Shown here: positions 60,655 to 64,000 of the stretch, piece by piece
How the letters are laid out: every line of letters starts with the position of its first letter
Position numbering within the stretch: position 1 is the first letter of the stretch
DNA from: Scyliorhinus canicula
Lineage: Eukaryota
Reading direction: 5' to 3'
Assembly: GCF_902713615.1 (NCBI RefSeq)
Contig: NC_052154.1
Location: forward strand, 159,194,754-159,258,753
DNA length: 64,000 nucleotides
Notes under the pieces: model-generated
What the model was told of the DNA's origin: nothing
Seen by the model: only the letters and a program-made list of their open reading frames with translations
Databases searched by the model: none
Translations under genes and position numbers: made by a program

Positions 60655-61505
60655 AACGAACAACGACAAGTCAGAATACAGGAGGGAGATAGAGAACCAA
60701 GTGGAGTGGTGCAATGACAATAATCTATCCCTCAATGCCAGCAAAACTAAAGACCTGGTCATTGACGTCAGGAAGCAAAGTACTGTACACACTCCTGTCA
60801 GCATCAACGGGGCCAAGATGGAGGTGGTTGACAGCTTCAAATTCCTAGGTATGCACATCACCAACAATCTGTCCGGGTCCACCCACATCGACGCTACCAC
60901 CAAGAAAGCACAACAGCACCTATACTTCCTCAGGAAACTAAGAAAATTCGGCATGTGCACACTGACTTTTACCAACTTTACAGGGGAACCATAGAAAGCA
61001 TCCTATCTGGCTGCATCACAGCCTGGTATGGCAACTGCTCAGCCCATGAAGAAACTACGGAGAGTCGTGAACACAGCCCAGCCCATCACACAAACCTGCC
61101 TCCCATCCATTGACTCCATCTACACCTCTCGCTGCCTTGGGAAAGCAGGCAGCATAATCAAAGATCCCTCCCACCCGGCTTACTCACTCTTCCAACTTCT
61201 TCCATCGGGCAGGAGATTCAAAAGTCAGAGCAGGCAGAAACAGATTCAAAAACAGCTTCTTCCCCGCTGTTACCAGACTCCTAAATGACCCTCTTATGGA
61301 CTGACCCGATTAATACTACTCCTGTATGCTTCACCCGATGCCTGTGTCTATATATTTACATTGTGTACCTTGTGTTGCCCTATTATGTATTTTCTTTTTA
61401 TTTTATTCTCTTTTCATGTACTAAATGATCTGTTTGAGTTGCTCGCAGAAAAATACTTTTCACTGTACCTCTGTACACGTGACAATAAACAAATCCAAAT
61501 CCAAC
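60655..61505 (+). mobile_element. Rex1/Babar-like LINE 3' part
   Basis: EWCNDNNLSLNASKTKDLVID…FKFLGMHI…KKAQQHLYFLRKLRKF; (TCCAA)n tail. Confidence 0.85.
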
Positions 61506-62236
61506 TTTCATGAATAATGTTGCAATAATCAAATTTCAAAAACATATAAAGTTATGGCAAGAGACTGTCCCATGAAATTAATCCAGGAGTTTAGATTGTA
61601 ACAATCCAAAATGGTATGATCAACATCATTTCTTTTTAAGGCTTTCTTATTATCAGATTGTGCGCTTCGTAAAGAAATTTAGTGCGGCATTATTTGCGAT
61701 CGGCTTCAGAAGAATGTGAACGCAGCAGCCCTTTGATAGTTCTCCCTCAAAAGTGCTTAATTTTCTGTGAAAAGCAACTTGTTTTTACACAGCTACCCAA
61801 TATCAGCATCTTAGTGGAGTTGGACTCAAACAGATTTTCCATACAGCATGGGTTGTACCATAATTCTATCCTCAAACTGCAATTTTTAATATATTAAACT
61901 CCATTACACAGAAATAAAAGCTGCTGCGTCTGTCAATTATGGAGACCTATAGATTGGGTGAAGACCACAGAGACAAAATCTTATGTTTATTTAGTGCTTT
62001 TAAACTTAAAAGTGTCTCAATGAGTTTCCAAGGTAAACAGTCAGCGCTGCTCTCCTACAGATGCAAAAAGTTAACTCTGTTTCTCTCTCCACAGATGCTG
62101 TCAGACCTACTGCATTTACCCAGCATTTTCTGTGTTTACTTCTGCTCTGCACCTCTATTAGTTGGGATCTATCATGTTCAACAATGGCTGGTATTAAAAG
62201 CAAATTATTAAGGTGCACTGAAATTACAGAACGTAC

Positions 62237-62544
62237 CTAAACATTCAGAACGAACACCTTCTCTATAATATCACTGGTTTTTGGGTGCTGAACTTCGCAG
62301 GTGTACTCTGATGAACCTTCAATTGCGACAATAGGCAACTTTGTTACTGTGGAGTAAAGTCCATTGCTATCAATTTTGGGTGTTTCGATGCTTTGTTTAT
62401 CCTTGTATTCCGTCCATCCCTTGCTCCAAATGATATGTATATCCGCTGGACAAAAATGATCAATCCTGCAAGTCAGAGTTGCGTTTTCACCCTTTTTGGG
62501 ATGATCAGGAGAACACTTGATTTCTGATACTTTAGGAGTCACAG
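62237..62544 (-). CDS. Ig C1-set-like domain exon, apparently the last coding exon of an unidentified multi-Ig gene
   Basis: Acceptor ttttcacag|CT, phase 1; GENATLTCRIDHFCPADIHIIW…NGLYSTVTKL…YTCEVQH (canonical C, W, YxC); ends TAG immediately before gtacgt. Confidence 0.88.
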
Positions 62545-63382
62545 CTGTGAAAAATGCAGAAACAAAATCTGATTCTCAAAAATATCAACTGCAATCAGAC
62601 TCCTAAAAATAAATTAATTTTTATGTTTTTTGAAGGGTTGAAAAGCTTTCTCAGTAACTATTCAAGTTGAATATTTATTTAAAGTTCCAAAGATAGGTAT
62701 AACAGGATTAAAATTAATCTAGACAAACAAATTCTGTTGTTATCAGTGATATCCTGCCCCTCCCTTTGGCTGCACTGGTAGTCCTTGCCAATGGAATCGG
62801 CACAGAAATCACCATCATGGTGCAAGCTTGAGCTAAATGCCCACTATTCTCACTTTAAAAATGAATCAAAAGTTGGCTTGCTCGGTCAAGGGTAACCAAA
62901 TTTTTAACAGCCTGAAAATTAACTTTGACAAATGTGGAGTCTCATTCCTTCAGAAACAACATGAACATTTTAAAAATAGTTTTATATAAGTTTTTCTGTT
63001 TTGCACAATTTATGCATTTCCACTGATCCCATGTCTTTAAAAGCAGACAGATAGCAAAATAATGTGAATATTTTTACTTCCAACTTTGCTATCTGCATGC
63101 ATCAGTGATGATTCTTCAATCTTGTCTCCATACTACTTGACCTGCTCACAGATTCCCTGCTGAGCCCATTTCAGATGACGCTGGAAAAAAGGAAATCTCT
63201 ACTGACAAACCCAGTAAAGGTTTGTGAGCAGCCATACACGAGGTGAACAATGAAAATGGTTCCTTCATCATTTGGCAAAATAGAGCGACCATCTTTAATG
63301 CTGTCTTTATTTTAAAACGAATTACCAACAAAACCTGCTTTTCAAAACCTACAGAAAAGTTCAGTGTATGAGATGCACTCAC

Positions 63383-63697
63383 CTTTAAGAGGCAGTTGAA
63401 TACGTCTTTTGAATACTGGTACATCAGTGTTAGAATTGTCTTTGTACTGAAAGTGTAAATCTCTTTCAAAGTCTTCTGCAGTCACTGTAAACTTCAGGTA
63501 ACTGTTTATTTTGTAAGTGTTTTCACTGTGAAGCACAGGCTTTGAATTTGTGACTCCTTCAATGCGCTCTGATGCTTTATACCATTCAACCGTAATATTG
63601 TCATGGGGAATTTCACATACTGAAGTCGACACAGATAAAGGTTGGCCATACAAAGGGCTCTCTGGCTTCAATGTGAACTCTGAAAATTTTGGTGAGC
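63383..63697 (-). CDS. Ig C1-like domain exon lacking the canonical cysteines (same gene)
   Basis: Acceptor ttctctttatag|GC, donor AAAG|gtgagt, 315 nt, phase 1-1, open; SPKFSEF…NITVEWYK…ENTYKINSYLKF; splices in frame to 62544. Confidence 0.8.
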
Positions 63698-63929
63698 CTA
63701 TAAAGAGAAAATAATATATTTAATTAACACTAAAGGCCAAACAAAGCCGCATTTCATCTGCCAAGAAGTCTTCGGAATTATTTTTTTGGATAAATTTTGC
63801 TGGCAAGGTTGTCATTTGTTACTCACTGTTATTCACCCTCAAGGTGGCAGTAGACTGCAGCATGCAGGTTCCCACAGTATTATTAGGTAGAAAATTTCAC
63901 CCAGGTGTACTGAAGGAATGGCATTATAT

Positions 63930-64000
63930 AGATATAGAACAGTACAGCACAGAACAGGCCCTTCGGCCCTCGATGTTGTGCCGAGCAATGATCACCCACG
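63930..64000 (-). mobile_element. V-SINE 3' tail; the rest runs off the window edge
   Basis: Matches 10091-10150. Confidence 0.8.

Noticed and set aside
62040-62135. Fourth hammerhead in another Penelope-like terminal fragment (similar pieces at ~6100-6170 and ~48230-48290)
   Set aside because: Only the downstream part of the repeat is present; no CUGANGA core or stem II can be read
63146-63469. 107-aa minus-strand ORF overlapping the Ig exon
   Set aside because: Alternative frame running into the intron past the gtgagt donor; no Ig pattern
1-64000. tRNA genes suggested by the many A-box/B-box motifs
   Set aside because: Each continues into a SINE body and tail; no complete cloverleaf was seen

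Overview
Vertebrate genomic DNA, almost certainly a shark or other elasmobranch (inferred from V-SINE/HE1-type SINEs, a Deu-domain SINE, and CR1, L2, L1 and Rex1 LINEs). Most of the window is transposon-derived. It holds two decayed PIF/Harbinger transposase copies and related GC-rich non-autonomous elements. It also holds three Gypsy LTR elements: B (24269-29029) nested in A (19234-29457), which sits in a CR1 RT, and an old element C (34582-39321). The rest is solo LTRs, many LINE fragments, about 20 SINEs and Penelope-type terminal-repeat fragments. The only well-supported host gene is two minus-strand immunoglobulin-domain exons (63383-63697 and 62237-62544) from the 3' end of an unidentified multi-Ig gene whose upstream part lies outside the window. 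The most interesting signals are: (1) three minimal hammerhead-ribozyme motifs in Penelope-type repeats, two of them an inverted pair inside one target-site duplication; (2) a young Gypsy with no tRNA primer site but 13 nt of complementarity to its own LTR (candidate self-priming) and a YLDN RT motif; (3) the Ig gene, with a cysteine-less domain and a stop codon flush against a splice donor; (4) two homologous orphan exon-like segments 32 kb apart on the plus strand. All calls were made by eye with no database searches. TE boundaries are approximate unless a TSD is quoted.
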